A stretch of DNA of 41,115 bases from an uncultured Candidatus Saccharibacteria bacterium (GTDB lineage: Bacteria; Patescibacteriota; Minisyncoccia; Phycocordibacterales; UBA12445): contig CAZXEK010000046.1 of NCBI GenBank assembly GCA_964639675.1, positions 1 through 41,115 of the forward strand, written 5' to 3'. Positions 6,447 to 15,944 of the stretch are shown piece by piece. Numbering within the stretch: position 1 is the first letter of the stretch; each line of letters opens with the position of its first letter. Below the pieces are notes generated by a model. The model searched no databases, was not told the DNA's origin, and saw nothing but the letters and a program-made list of their open reading frames with translations. The translations under genes were made by a program, and so were the position numbers.

Positions 6447-8894
6447 ATGCAAGATATTCAAGATGTTAAGGTTTCTCTCGACGAGGTTTTAGAAACAACG
6501 GAAGAAGAAAAGACCAAGGGGAATCGTTTCTATGGTAAAATGCCGCTAGTTGGTAAGGTTTCCTATGTTGTTTTTTTATTGGGAATTTTATTGGTGCCAC
6601 TTTTTATGCTACCTGCATCCTGGGGTTTCCAGTTAGAATTTACAAAAAAATTGTTGTTTTCTGTTGGGATTTTAACCTCTTTTGGATTGTGGTTAGTCAC
6701 AAAGCTCGAAGATGGCAATATAAGATTTCCTGGCGGGCCAATCTTTTGGGCTAGTTTATCTGTAGCGGCTTCATTCTTAGTTTCCTCGCTCTTATCTCCC
6801 TCAATGGGAAACTCTTTTCTTGGTTTAGGTTATGAAAATGATACTTTTATTTCTATCGTCATCTTCTTCGTGGCGATGTTTTTATCCTCTACCTTTTTTG
6901 AATCTAAAAAGAAGTTTTCTCAGTTTTTCTTCGGATTTATAATATTATCTCTGGTTGTCGGTTTGGTGGAGTTGATTCAGGTGTTTTCTCCTATTAAATT
7001 ATTAAGCGGTGGTGTTTTGGTTAATCTTATTGGTAAGTGGAACGATCTAGGTATCTTTTTCGGTCTATCCCTTTTGTTGTCTTTAGTAGGTCTTGAACTG
7101 TCATTTTTTAGTAGCAGTAGATTAAGGACTGCTCTCTGGCTGTCATTGATCTCATCTGGTTTAATAGTCGCGGTGATAAATTATGACTTAATTTGGGCCA
7201 CTATCGCTCTGTTTGCTCTAATTATCTTTATATATTCCCTTGCTCATACTGGCGTCTTTAGTTTCGAGCGAAAAAACATTAAAGACATAATTTTAAAGCC
7301 ATCTTTCGTCCTTATTGTCATCTCAGTAATCTTTTTCTTCCAGTCTAATAACATGGGTTTGGTTTTGGGGAAATACGGGCTTTACCAGTTAGAGGTTCGG
7401 CCATCTTGGCAGTCGACGGTTGAGGTGGCCAAGGTAGCAATGCAAAAGAGTCGCTTTTTTGGTAGTGGGCCCAATAGTTTCTCTACAGAATGGGCAGCCT
7501 CGAAGCCTGATGCTGTGAATTCTACCGTATTCTGGAATACTGATTTTAATGTTGGCTTTGGTCGCATACCTTCATTCGCCGTTACCCTGGGTCTCTTTGG
7601 TCTGCTCACCTCGGGACTGTTCTTGATCTTCTTGCTTTATTATGGGCTGAGAGCCCTCTTGGCTTCATTTGATGATCTGTCCAACCATTTTATGGTCCTC
7701 GTCTCTTTTGTTGCCACATTTTATCTCTGGTCTTTCTCAATGTTCTATGTAACAGATACTGTTTTATTGGTCTTAACTTTTGTCTTTACCGGCATCTTCC
7801 TGGCCGCCTTAGCTAAGGGCGGTATAATAAAAAACCATGAGTTTTCGTTTTTTGGGAGCCCTAAGTTAAGTTTCGTATCCGTTCTGGTTATAGTTGTTTT
7901 GATCATCTCGACTATTTCTACTGGCTACTTACTATCTAGAAAGTTTGCAGCTCTTTATGATTTTCAACAGGGTCTCTATAGTTTTAACTATTTGGGAAAC
8001 CTAGAACAAGCCGAAGCCTCAGTTAAGAATGCGGTCAGGTTAGACGAACAGGATCTTTATTACAGATCTCTTTCTGAGATTGAACTAATAAAATTAAAAA
8101 ATCTTATTCTCAGTTTGAATAGCCAGCCGAGCACTTCGAAAGAAGCCGCAATTGAGGCCCTGAAGAACAATCTCTCTCTCGCGGCGGGTAGTGCCACAAG
8201 AGCTACTGAAATAAATAGTGCTAACTATTTAAACTGGATGGCTCTCGGTAGGGTTGGGGAGACGGTCATGCCCCTCAGGGAGGTTGTAACTGGATCATAT
8301 GAGTTAGCGTTTAATTCTTATGGCAAGGCGCTACTCTTGAATCCCAAGAGTCCAACTATCTATCTTAGTTTAGCCCAGCTTCAGGTTACTAAGGGCGATC
8401 TTCCTAAGGCTAAGGAGTACATTGCTGAGGCAGTCAAGAGGAAGCCTAATTTTACCGCTGCTTTATTCCTTCTCTCCCAAATTGAAGCAAGCCAGGGCAA
8501 TCTTTCTAATGCTATTAAAAAAGCTGAAGAGGCACTTGTCTTTGCTCCAGATGAGGTTGGGATTCTATTTCAGATTGGTGTTCTAAAGTATATGACTAAG
8601 AACTGGTCTGGCTCGATAGAGGCACTAAAGAGAGCTACCACTATTCAATCAAACTACTCTAATGCTAAGTATTTCTTAGGTCTAAGCTATAGTAAGCTTG
8701 GATCACCATCTAATACTGCTAAGGCCATAGAGGAGTTTAAAGAGATAGCGAAACTGAATCCAGACAACACAGAGGTTCAGACTATTCTTAAGAATTTACG
8801 TGGAGGACGTGGTGCCCTAGAGAGGATCGTTCCTCCTAAAAATGAACCAGAAGAGCCAGAGAAAAGAAGCAAACTACCAGTCAACGAGCGTTAG
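6447..8894 (+). CDS. Polytopic membrane protein, O-antigen ligase/Wzy-like, fused to C-terminal TPR repeats
   Basis: About 500 aa of multiple TM helices are followed by TPR-like repeats (YGKALLLNPKSP, AVKRKPNFTAA, EIAKLNPDN). Confidence 0.7.
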   Translation: MQDIQDVKVSLDEVLETTEEEKTKGNRFYGKMPLVGKVSYVVFLLGILLVPLFMLPASWGFQLEFTKKLLFSVGILTSFGLWLVTKLEDGNIRFPGGPIFWASLSVAASFLVSSLLSPSMGNSFLGLGYENDTFISIVIFFVAMFLSSTFFESKKKFSQFFFGFIILSLVVGLVELIQVFSPIKLLSGGVLVNLIGKWNDLGIFFGLSLLLSLVGLELSFFSSSRLRTALWLSLISSGLIVAVINYDLIWATIALFALIIFIYSLAHTGVFSFERKNIKDIILKPSFVLIVISVIFFFQSNNMGLVLGKYGLYQLEVRPSWQSTVEVAKVAMQKSRFFGSGPNSFSTEWAASKPDAVNSTVFWNTDFNVGFGRIPSFAVTLGLFGLLTSGLFLIFLLYYGLRALLASFDDLSNHFMVLVSFVATFYLWSFSMFYVTDTVLLVLTFVFTGIFLAALAKGGIIKNHEFSFFGSPKLSFVSVLVIVVLIISTISTGYLLSRKFAALYDFQQGLYSFNYLGNLEQAEASVKNAVRLDEQDLYYRSLSEIELIKLKNLILSLNSQPSTSKEAAIEALKNNLSLAAGSATRATEINSANYLNWMALGRVGETVMPLREVVTGSYELAFNSYGKALLLNPKSPTIYLSLAQLQVTKGDLPKAKEYIAEAVKRKPNFTAALFLLSQIEASQGNLSNAIKKAEEALVFAPDEVGILFQIGVLKYMTKNWSGSIEALKRATTIQSNYSNAKYFLGLSYSKLGSPSNTAKAIEEFKEIAKLNPDNTEVQTILKNLRGGRGALERIVPPKNEPEEPEKRSKLPVNER

Positions 8895-8897
8895 TCG

Positions 8898-10580
8898 ATG
8901 GTCAAGAAATTTATTGATTTTTTTAGCAAGGAGTTTAGCGGTCTACATCAGGCCGCTTTTCTTCTTGCCGGGTCTTCTTTAGTCTCACAACTCCTGGGTC
9001 TTTTTCGAGATAGACTTTTGGCCCATAACTTCGGGGCTTCGAGCGATCTCGATATTTATTATTCCGCTTTCCGTATACCTGATTTTATTTTTGTTTCTGT
9101 GGGATCATTCTTAGCAATCACCGTACTTATTCCGATTCTAGTAGAAAAAATTGAAAAGGAGTCTACTGAGAATGTTAAGCTTTTTCTCTCCTCTCTGCTG
9201 ACATTTTTTCTGTTTACTATAATTATAGTTAGTATAGTCGTTTATCTTTTAGCCCCATATCTAATTAATCTTGTTGCCCCAGGATTTGACCCTATAGCCA
9301 AGACCAAATTAATCACCTTAACTCGAATTTTGCTTTTGTCGCCATTTTTTTTAGGATTATCAAACCTTTTTGGCGCAGTAACTCAATCTTCTAGGCGCTT
9401 CTTTATCTATGCCCTAAGTCCAGTTCTGTATAATCTGGGAATTATATTGGGGGTGCTCCTTTTCTATCCAATTTTTGGTCTGAATGGTTTAGTTTATGGT
9501 GTTGTTTTGGGCACAGCAACACATTTTCTAGCTCAAGTTCCAATCGTTATTAAAGAGGGCTATCTACCGAGGCTGAATTTTAATTTTTTAAAGAAAGATA
9601 TCCAAAGGGTGATAAAACTTTCTTTACCGAGAACGATTGCTCTTGGTATGAGCCAACTGGCGGTTATGGCACTCGTAGCCAGAGCTTCTTATATGATGAG
9701 TGGCTCAATTTCCGTTTTTAACTTTGCATATAATCTTCAGTCTGTCCCAATGGCCTTGATAGGTATAAGTTATTCGGTAGCAGCTTTTCCGACCATGTCT
9801 AAAATGTTTTCATCTGGGCAGAAGGAACAGTTTGTCTCATATATGACAGAAGCTCTGCGTCATATAATCTTTTGGTCTCTACCTATTGCTACTCTTTTTA
9901 TTGTTCTTCGTGCTCAGATCGTTAGAACAATCCTTGGGTCAGGTAATTTTAATTGGACACATACTAAATTGACCGCGGCCCTTCTGGCTGTTTTTGCCAT
10001 ATCAGTAGTTTGTCAAAGTGTAATCCAGCTTCTTGAGCGGGCTTATTATGCTACTGGTCGGACGCGTCAGCCTGTAATTATCAGGGTTATCTCCTCAATC
10101 GTTATTGTCACATCAGCCTTCTTTTTTATCAACCTTCCTATTTATTATCCTGAAGGAGAAGCTTTTATTAACAGGCTTTTTCGTGTTACAGATGTTCCTG
10201 GGGCCGAGGTTCTTTTTCTTGGTTTAGCCTTTACCATCGGCACATTCCTAAATGCTATTTTACTTTGGGTCTCATTTGAGAGAGATATAAAGATAAAATT
10301 TTCATCGTCGATTACAAAAGCCTTTTTACAATCTTCTCTTTGCTCCCTAGTGTTAGGAATTTCCGCTGAGATCTCACTTCGTGTTTTTAGTAATCTATTG
10401 AATTTAAAAACATTCTGGGGGATATTTTTACAGGGACTTTTTTCTGGTCTGTTTGGAGTTCTTATTGGTACTATATTTTTAATTTTAATTAAAAACGAAG
10501 AAGTTCGTGCCCTTACTGATTCAATCGGCAAGAAGCTATCGGGTAAAAAACCGATGATACCCGGCCCAGAACAGTTGTAA
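8898..10580 (+). CDS. murJ: Lipid II flippase MurJ (MviN family)
   Basis: The N-terminal motif LLGLFRDRLLAHNFGAS..DIYYSAFRIPD and a ~14-TM architecture are characteristic of MurJ. Confidence 0.85.
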   Translation: MVKKFIDFFSKEFSGLHQAAFLLAGSSLVSQLLGLFRDRLLAHNFGASSDLDIYYSAFRIPDFIFVSVGSFLAITVLIPILVEKIEKESTENVKLFLSSLLTFFLFTIIIVSIVVYLLAPYLINLVAPGFDPIAKTKLITLTRILLLSPFFLGLSNLFGAVTQSSRRFFIYALSPVLYNLGIILGVLLFYPIFGLNGLVYGVVLGTATHFLAQVPIVIKEGYLPRLNFNFLKKDIQRVIKLSLPRTIALGMSQLAVMALVARASYMMSGSISVFNFAYNLQSVPMALIGISYSVAAFPTMSKMFSSGQKEQFVSYMTEALRHIIFWSLPIATLFIVLRAQIVRTILGSGNFNWTHTKLTAALLAVFAISVVCQSVIQLLERAYYATGRTRQPVIIRVISSIVIVTSAFFFINLPIYYPEGEAFINRLFRVTDVPGAEVLFLGLAFTIGTFLNAILLWVSFERDIKIKFSSSITKAFLQSSLCSLVLGISAEISLRVFSNLLNLKTFWGIFLQGLFSGLFGVLIGTIFLILIKNEEVRALTDSIGKKLSGKKPMIPGPEQL

Positions 10581-10609
10581 ATGGCCCGTCTTAGTATATT
10601 ATTGTTTTT

Positions 10610-12415
10610 ATGTCCGATCTAAATAAAATTAGGAATTTTTCGATCATTGCCCACATCGATCATGGTAAAAGCACGTTATCTGACAGAATGCTCGAGGTTA
10701 CAAAAACGATTGATCAGAGGAAGATGAGAGCACAGGTTCTCGATAGTATGGATTTAGAGCGCGAACGAGGCATAACCATCAAGATGCAGCCAGTTATGAT
10801 GACCCATTTTCTGGACGGCATACCATACACTCTTAATTTAATTGATACTCCTGGACACATAGATTTTTCTTACGAAGTTTCAAGAGCCCTAAGAGCTGTT
10901 GAGGGGGCGCTACTTTTAGTAGATGCTACTCAGGGTGTGCAAGCTCAAACTCTTACTGTCTTGGCCATGGCGCGCGAACTTGGGTTGACAATTATACCAG
11001 TACTTAACAAGGTTGATCTACTAAATTCTCAAGTCGAAGATGTTCGCGAGGAGATCGTGGCGCTTCTTGGTTGTGAAAGAAATTCTATTATTGAAACTTC
11101 TGGTAAGACTGGCTATGGAGTGGAGAGACTTCTTGGGGAAATTATAGCAAAGATTCCGGCACCAAAAGAAGATATCTCTCTGGGTGGAAGTTCTAGGTCT
11201 TTGGTTTTTGATTTTGAATATTCAGCACACAAGGGTATCATTGTTTTTGTTAGGGTGTTTAATGGCAAGATAAAATCAGGTGATAATCTAGTCTTTCTAG
11301 CGTCTAACGAAAGATTTGAAGTAGTCGAAGTTGGTATTTTTTCTCCCGAAAAAAAAATGGTACAAGAGCTTGGGGTGGGGCAGATAGGTTATATTGTAAC
11401 CGGCATTAAAAAGATTGGTAAAACTAAAGTCGGGGATACCATCACTCATTTTAGTAAACAGCTCGGAGCTCTAGTTGGCTATATGGAACCTCGACCGGTC
11501 GTGTGGGCTTCAATCTACCCAGAGAGCCAGAATGATTTTACTCTTTTGCGTCAAGCCCTAGAACGACTCCAATTATCAGACTCCTCATTAACTTACGATG
11601 AAGACCTCTCGACCTCTATTGGGCGAGGTTATAAATGTGGATTTTTGGGGATGCTTCATCTAGAGATTATAACAGAGAGACTAAGAAGAGAGTTTAATTT
11701 AAGCTTGATTATAACTTCTCCGACGGTTAGTTATCTAGTAGAGTATATCCCCTCGGGGAAAAAGGAGATGATACATTCGGCGTCTCTTTTCCCAGATGAT
11801 AGTGTCAAAAAGAAAGTTTCTGAACCCTGGGTCTCTGCAAAGATTATTACACCGCCGGAGTATCTAGGAGAGGTTATGCAAATTTTGCATGAGCATGAGG
11901 TGATTGTTGGATCAACGGAGGTCTTTGGTGACAAGAGGAATGCCCTGGAGATTAAAATGCCGCTTCGAGAATTAATGCGAAACTTTTTTGATAAACTAAA
12001 GAGTGTTTCTTCCGGCTTTGCATCTCTGTCTTACCAGATAGAGGATCTTCGAGAGGCAGATGTTTTAAGGGTCGATGTGCGGATTGGTGGGGAAATATTT
12101 TCTTCTTTTAGTCGGGTTGTATCTAGGCGAGTTATTCAAGAAGAGTGTGACAGAATTGCAGATAAACTAAAGGGTGCCCTACCCAGACAAATGTTTGATT
12201 TTAAAATTCAGATAGAGGCCATGGGTCGAATTGTTTCTTCGCGTTCCGTCTCAGGTATGAAAAAAGATGTGGCCGATTATCTATATGGAGGTGACATAAC
12301 AAGAAAGATGAAGTTAAGGGAAAAACAGAAAAGGGGGAAAAAGAAGATGAAAAATCTAGGCAAAATAAACATCCCGCAAGAAGTTTTCTTAAAAGTTATA
12401 AAATCGGGAGATTAA
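10610..12415 (+). CDS. lepA: Elongation factor 4 (LepA)
   Basis: IRNFSIIAHIDHGKSTL, LIDTPGH and NKVD GTPase motifs, plus the LepA-specific C-terminal domain (YGGDITRK). Confidence 0.95.
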   Translation: MSDLNKIRNFSIIAHIDHGKSTLSDRMLEVTKTIDQRKMRAQVLDSMDLERERGITIKMQPVMMTHFLDGIPYTLNLIDTPGHIDFSYEVSRALRAVEGALLLVDATQGVQAQTLTVLAMARELGLTIIPVLNKVDLLNSQVEDVREEIVALLGCERNSIIETSGKTGYGVERLLGEIIAKIPAPKEDISLGGSSRSLVFDFEYSAHKGIIVFVRVFNGKIKSGDNLVFLASNERFEVVEVGIFSPEKKMVQELGVGQIGYIVTGIKKIGKTKVGDTITHFSKQLGALVGYMEPRPVVWASIYPESQNDFTLLRQALERLQLSDSSLTYDEDLSTSIGRGYKCGFLGMLHLEIITERLRREFNLSLIITSPTVSYLVEYIPSGKKEMIHSASLFPDDSVKKKVSEPWVSAKIITPPEYLGEVMQILHEHEVIVGSTEVFGDKRNALEIKMPLRELMRNFFDKLKSVSSGFASLSYQIEDLREADVLRVDVRIGGEIFSSFSRVVSRRVIQEECDRIADKLKGALPRQMFDFKIQIEAMGRIVSSRSVSGMKKDVADYLYGGDITRKMKLREKQKRGKKKMKNLGKINIPQEVFLKVIKSGD

Positions 12416-12449
12416 TCAGTTAAATTAAACCCGGAATATATAACAGAGT

Positions 12450-12471
12450 CATACTCATAATTATGAGTATG
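12450..12471. repeat. Perfect 22-bp palindrome downstream of lepA
   Basis: CATACTCATAA|TTATGAGTATG with no spacer. Confidence 0.8.
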
Positions 12472-12475
12472 CAGA

Positions 12476-12505
12476 GTGATATCCATATCACCTTTATTTT
12501 TTTCT
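12476..12505 (+). terminator. Putative rho-independent terminator of lepA
   Basis: GTGATAT-CC-ATATCAC hairpin followed by CTTTATTTTTTTCTT. Confidence 0.55.
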
Positions 12506-12515
12506 TATTTTCTTT

Positions 12516-12544
12516 TTGAAATAACATTGTGTCTATAATATAAT
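12516..12544 (+). promoter_or_regulatory. Near-consensus promoter abutting the FtsB-like gene start
   Basis: TTGAAA (12516-12521), 17-nt spacer, TATAAT (12539-12544). The GTG start at 12551 is only 6 nt downstream, so the mRNA may be leaderless. Confidence 0.4.
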
Positions 12545-12550
12545 ACTTTA

Positions 12551-12940
12551 GTGAGAGATTTACAAGAAAGAAAGAGATTGAGGGATATTTTACGTTCTCC
12601 GGTTGTAGCTACGTTGCTTTTTATCGCCCTTCTTTTTCTTCTTGAGGGTAATTATGGTGTTTTTAAAAAGAATCAGTTGGCCAAGGCTGGAAGAGATGAA
12701 TCAGATCAAAGATTAATTTTGTTGAAAAAAAATAGAGATCGCTTAACAGCTTCACTTGAAAAACTTAAAACTGGTAGAGGAGTAGAGGAGGAGCTTCGAG
12801 ACAAGTTTCAAATCACTAAATCTGGAGAGGGAGTTCTCATTGTCGTAGATCAAGAAGAGTTGGAGCAAACGAAAAATAAAGAGGTGGTAAATAGAGTCCA
12901 GGGTCATTGGCAGAAACTTAAATATTTGTTAGGTTTATAA
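12551..12940 (+). CDS. Septum formation initiator family protein (FtsB/DivIC-like)
   Basis: Single N-terminal TM helix, a coiled-coil and the C-terminal EEELRDKFQITKSGEGVLIV motif typical of the family. GTG start. Confidence 0.7.
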   Translation: MRDLQERKRLRDILRSPVVATLLFIALLFLLEGNYGVFKKNQLAKAGRDESDQRLILLKKNRDRLTASLEKLKTGRGVEEELRDKFQITKSGEGVLIVVDQEELEQTKNKEVVNRVQGHWQKLKYLLGL

Positions 12941-12958
12941 TTACCTCGTAATAATTTT

Positions 12959-13032
12959 GCGGGTATGGTTTAGTGGCAGAATGCGACCTTCCCAAGGTTG
13001 AGACCCGAGTTCGATTCTCGGTACCCGCACCA
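12959..13032 (+). tRNA. tRNA-Gly (anticodon CCC) with encoded CCA
   Basis: GCGGGTA acceptor; anticodon arm CGACC/TTCCCAA/GGTTG; T arm CCGAG/TTCGATT/CTCGG; TACCCGC-A-CCA. Confidence 0.92.
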
Positions 13033-13044
13033 GTGTTCTTTGTT

Positions 13045-13509
13045 ATGAAAAAGAAGGAGGGTGTTGTGGGACAAAAGGGGATACTACAGCCTGAGTACTA
13101 TGGTATTAGACAACCCAAATATTATATTGTTGAAGAGATGATCCCGATGATCGATCAACCGGATCGATCTACCTGCGAGAAGATTTTTGGAGACAATTGT
13201 AAGAATTGGCCACGCGGATATATCGACCACATTCAAGAGGTTATGAATATTGCCGTTTTCCAATATAGGGAGATGCATCGTCGTCGTCCAAACCCCTTCT
13301 CACTTTCCGATTTGCTACGGGTTGTTTTTTTTAGTAATCTTTCGAAGTTGTGTAGGGTGGGGTACAATATCGTGCTTACTCCAGAGCAGGAAACTGGCCC
13401 CCTTGCGACTCTTGCAAACATATGCGATACGATGAGTGTGCACATATGGTTCGACTATCCTATGGAAAAAGATGATCCTTGGTTTGGAGCCAAGCGTAAT
13501 CGGAACTAG
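13045..13509 (+). CDS. Hypothetical protein (154 aa)
   Basis: This is the ORF-track frame 12973-13509 trimmed to the first ATG after the tRNA-Gly gene. A terminator follows. No family recognised. Confidence 0.5.
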   Translation: MKKKEGVVGQKGILQPEYYGIRQPKYYIVEEMIPMIDQPDRSTCEKIFGDNCKNWPRGYIDHIQEVMNIAVFQYREMHRRRPNPFSLSDLLRVVFFSNLSKLCRVGYNIVLTPEQETGPLATLANICDTMSVHIWFDYPMEKDDPWFGAKRNRN

Positions 13510-13519
13510 GTAATGGATT

Positions 13520-13546
13520 GCCCCGATAATGTTTCGGGGCTTTATT
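13520..13546 (+). terminator. Rho-independent terminator
   Basis: GCCCCGA-TAATGTT-TCGGGGC followed by TTTATT. Confidence 0.7.
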
Positions 13547-13550
13547 AAAA

Positions 13551-14747
13551 ATGAAAAGTTATAGCAAAAGATTTCCTGATTCTCCAGGAGTATATTTTTT
13601 TAAGCAGGGAAAAACTATTTTATATATTGGCAAGGCGACTTCACTTCGGGATAGAGTGAGAAGTTATTTTAATTTGGAAGTGATTAACTCGAGGGGGCCA
13701 GTTATTGCTAAGATGTTTCAGTTGGCAACTGAAATCTCTTTTAAAAAAACCGACTCTGTGCTAGAGGCAGTTATTTTAGAAGCAGAATTAATAAAGGAGT
13801 ATCAGCCGAGATTTAATTCACGAGAAAAAGACGATAAAAGTTTTTATTATATAGTTATAACAAAAGAAAGTTTCCCAAAAGTCCTCCAGATTCGGGGGCG
13901 AAATTTGCAGATTAGGAGTAGCGATTATGACATTAAGAAACGGTTCGGCCCCTTTCCGTCTGCCACGGAACTAAAAGAGGCACTCCGGACGATAAGGAAG
14001 TTGTTTCCCTTTAGAGATAAGTGCAGATTTAATCAAGGGGGACCCTGTTTTAATTTTCAGGTTGGTTTATGTCCAGGTATTTGTCTCGGTATCATTTCAG
14101 AGAGTGATTATGGAAACCAGATTAAAAATATAGAACTATTTTTATCTGGCAAGAAGAAAGTGGTTATTAAGTTACTAAAAAAAGAGATGGGAGATTTGGC
14201 CACGAGACTGGAATTCGAAGAGGCAGATAAGATTAAACGAAGAATATTTGCCCTAGAGCACATACAAGACGTGAGTCTAATCAAGCGTAAAGTTCCATTA
14301 ATACCCATTTCTAGAATAGAGGCTTATGATGTGGCACACCAGAGTGGAACTAATAATGTTGGCGTTATGATTTGTCTCAAAAATGGCCAGATAGATAGGG
14401 GAGAGTACAGGAAATTTAAAATTCGGGGAGATTCTGGCGCAGATGATTTAAAATCCCTAAAAGAGATTTTAGAAAGGAGATTTAAGCACAGTGAATGGCA
14501 GTATCCAGATATATTAGTTGTTGATGGTGGCAAGTTGCAGTTAAGGGTTGCCAAGGATACGTTAAAAGGACTTGGGTTTAATCTTCCAATTGTTGCGGTT
14601 GTTAAAGACGACCGACATAAGCCTAACTATATTTTGGGCGATATAGGTTTAGTTAAAAAATATGAGTCATCAATTCTTCTAGCCAATTTCGAAGCGCACA
14701 ATTACGCCATCAACCATTTTAGAAAGTTAGCTAATAGGCTTGAATAA
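13551..14747 (+). CDS. uvrC: UvrC-like excinuclease subunit, short form (398 aa) without the C-terminal (HhH)2 domain
   Basis: GIY-YIG motif (GVYFFKQGKTILYIGKATSLRDRVRSYF), Cys-rich segment (CFNFQVGLCPGIC), UVR motif (EFEEADKIKRRIFALEH) and RNase H-like endonuclease domain (RIEAYDVAH, LVVDGGKLQ). The protein ends right after FEAHNYAINHFRK. Confidence 0.85.
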   Translation: MKSYSKRFPDSPGVYFFKQGKTILYIGKATSLRDRVRSYFNLEVINSRGPVIAKMFQLATEISFKKTDSVLEAVILEAELIKEYQPRFNSREKDDKSFYYIVITKESFPKVLQIRGRNLQIRSSDYDIKKRFGPFPSATELKEALRTIRKLFPFRDKCRFNQGGPCFNFQVGLCPGICLGIISESDYGNQIKNIELFLSGKKKVVIKLLKKEMGDLATRLEFEEADKIKRRIFALEHIQDVSLIKRKVPLIPISRIEAYDVAHQSGTNNVGVMICLKNGQIDRGEYRKFKIRGDSGADDLKSLKEILERRFKHSEWQYPDILVVDGGKLQLRVAKDTLKGLGFNLPIVAVVKDDRHKPNYILGDIGLVKKYESSILLANFEAHNYAINHFRKLANRLE

Positions 14748-14791
14748 GATTTTTTTGTGCTCCGCAGCACTGCGTTCGCTTCGCTTACTTG

Positions 14792-14875
14792 TGCCGCGGG
14801 AGAGAGTCGAACTCTCATGAGGTTGCCCCCGATAGATTTTGAGTCTATTGCGTCTACCAATTCCGCCACCGCGGC
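14792..14875 (-). tRNA. tRNA-Leu (anticodon CAA), class II; CCA not encoded
   Basis: Reverse complement: GCCGCGG-TG-GCGGAATTGGTAGACGC-A-ATAGA/CTCAAAA/TCTAT-variable arm-GAGAG/TTCGACT/CTCTC-CCGCGGC-A. Confidence 0.92.
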
Positions 14876-14961
14876 AGCACATTAGTAAAATTATCAGACA
14901 TTTATCTAAAAGGCAAACGGGGGTTATTTCAATCTGATTTATTTCATGCTACAATTTTTGT

Positions 14962-15927
14962 ATGGAAGATGAAAATAAAAATGGTTTGAGCCACTCTATA
15001 TTTTGGATTGAGCTTGAGAAGATTAAACCTAACCCATATCAGCCGAGACATGACTTTGATCAGGGTCAGTTGAATGATCTAGCAGAGTCTATAAGGCAGT
15101 ATGGAGTTTTACAGCCCCTGGTTGCCACAAGGCGTGAGCTTCAGACTGATGATGGCGGATTGGCTGTTGAGTATGAGCTTATTGCCGGAGAGAGGAGACT
15201 CCGCGCAGCTAAGATTGCCGGTATTTCCCAAGTCCCCGTGGTTATTAGAACGGGTGAACAGAGCGATCTTGTCAAACTCGAGCTGGCTATAATTGAAAAT
15301 ATTCAAAGAGAAGATCTTAATTCTGTAGATCGAGCCAAGGCCTTCAAGTTATTGGCAGATAAATTTCATTTCAAGCATCATGAGATTGCTGGGAAGGTCG
15401 GAAAAAGTCGAGAGTATGTTTCTAATAGTTTAAGAATTTTAGATTTGCCAGAGGAGATTCTTCTGGCTTTGTCGGCTAAGAAAATTACAGAGGGACACAC
15501 TAGGCCGCTTCTTATGCTCATCGATAGACCCGAAGAGCAGACGACACTCTTCAAGGAGATTATGTATAAGAAGTTGTCTGTCAGAGAGGCTGAGAATATC
15601 TCTAGAAAAATTGCAGTCGATAGAGTTAGGAAGAAAGATTATCTTGACCCGGAATTGATCGACATGGAATCAAAATTTACAGAAAAGCTTGGCACTAGGG
15701 TCTCGATAGAGAAGAAGGATTTTGGTGGGCGGGTCACAATAGATTTTTTCTCTAAGGATGATTTAAAAAACCTGCTCGATCTTATTTCAACTGGTAAGAT
15801 TTCAATACCATCTGACTCAGTAACGATAGCGAGTGTTGAAGTTGACCCCAGAATAGATGATGTGCCAAAATCAGAGGTGGATCTTGATGATCCTGACCTA
15901 TATTCAATAAAAAACTTCTCCATATAG
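14962..15927 (+). CDS. parB: ParB/Spo0J-family partition protein
   Basis: ParB box motifs: PNPYQPRHDFD, LAESIRQYGVLQPLV and GERRLRAAKIAG. An HTH region follows. Confidence 0.9.
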   Translation: MEDENKNGLSHSIFWIELEKIKPNPYQPRHDFDQGQLNDLAESIRQYGVLQPLVATRRELQTDDGGLAVEYELIAGERRLRAAKIAGISQVPVVIRTGEQSDLVKLELAIIENIQREDLNSVDRAKAFKLLADKFHFKHHEIAGKVGKSREYVSNSLRILDLPEEILLALSAKKITEGHTRPLLMLIDRPEEQTTLFKEIMYKKLSVREAENISRKIAVDRVRKKDYLDPELIDMESKFTEKLGTRVSIEKKDFGGRVTIDFFSKDDLKNLLDLISTGKISIPSDSVTIASVEVDPRIDDVPKSEVDLDDPDLYSIKNFSI

Positions 15928-15944
15928 TGTGGTATAGGCTGAGT

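Noticed and set aside
7848-7857. Partial matches (TTTTGGGAGC at 7848-7857; TTTTGGGAG at 4217-4225) to the palindromic motif family
   Set aside because: These are only 9-10 nt half-sites without the second arm, inside coding sequence. They are compatible with chance in T-rich DNA.
14876-15927. parS site (TGTTNCACGTGAAACA) near parB, and a partner parA
   Set aside because: No match to the parS consensus is seen in or around parB, and no Walker-type ParA ORF is adjacent. The absence is noted, but nothing positive can be reported.
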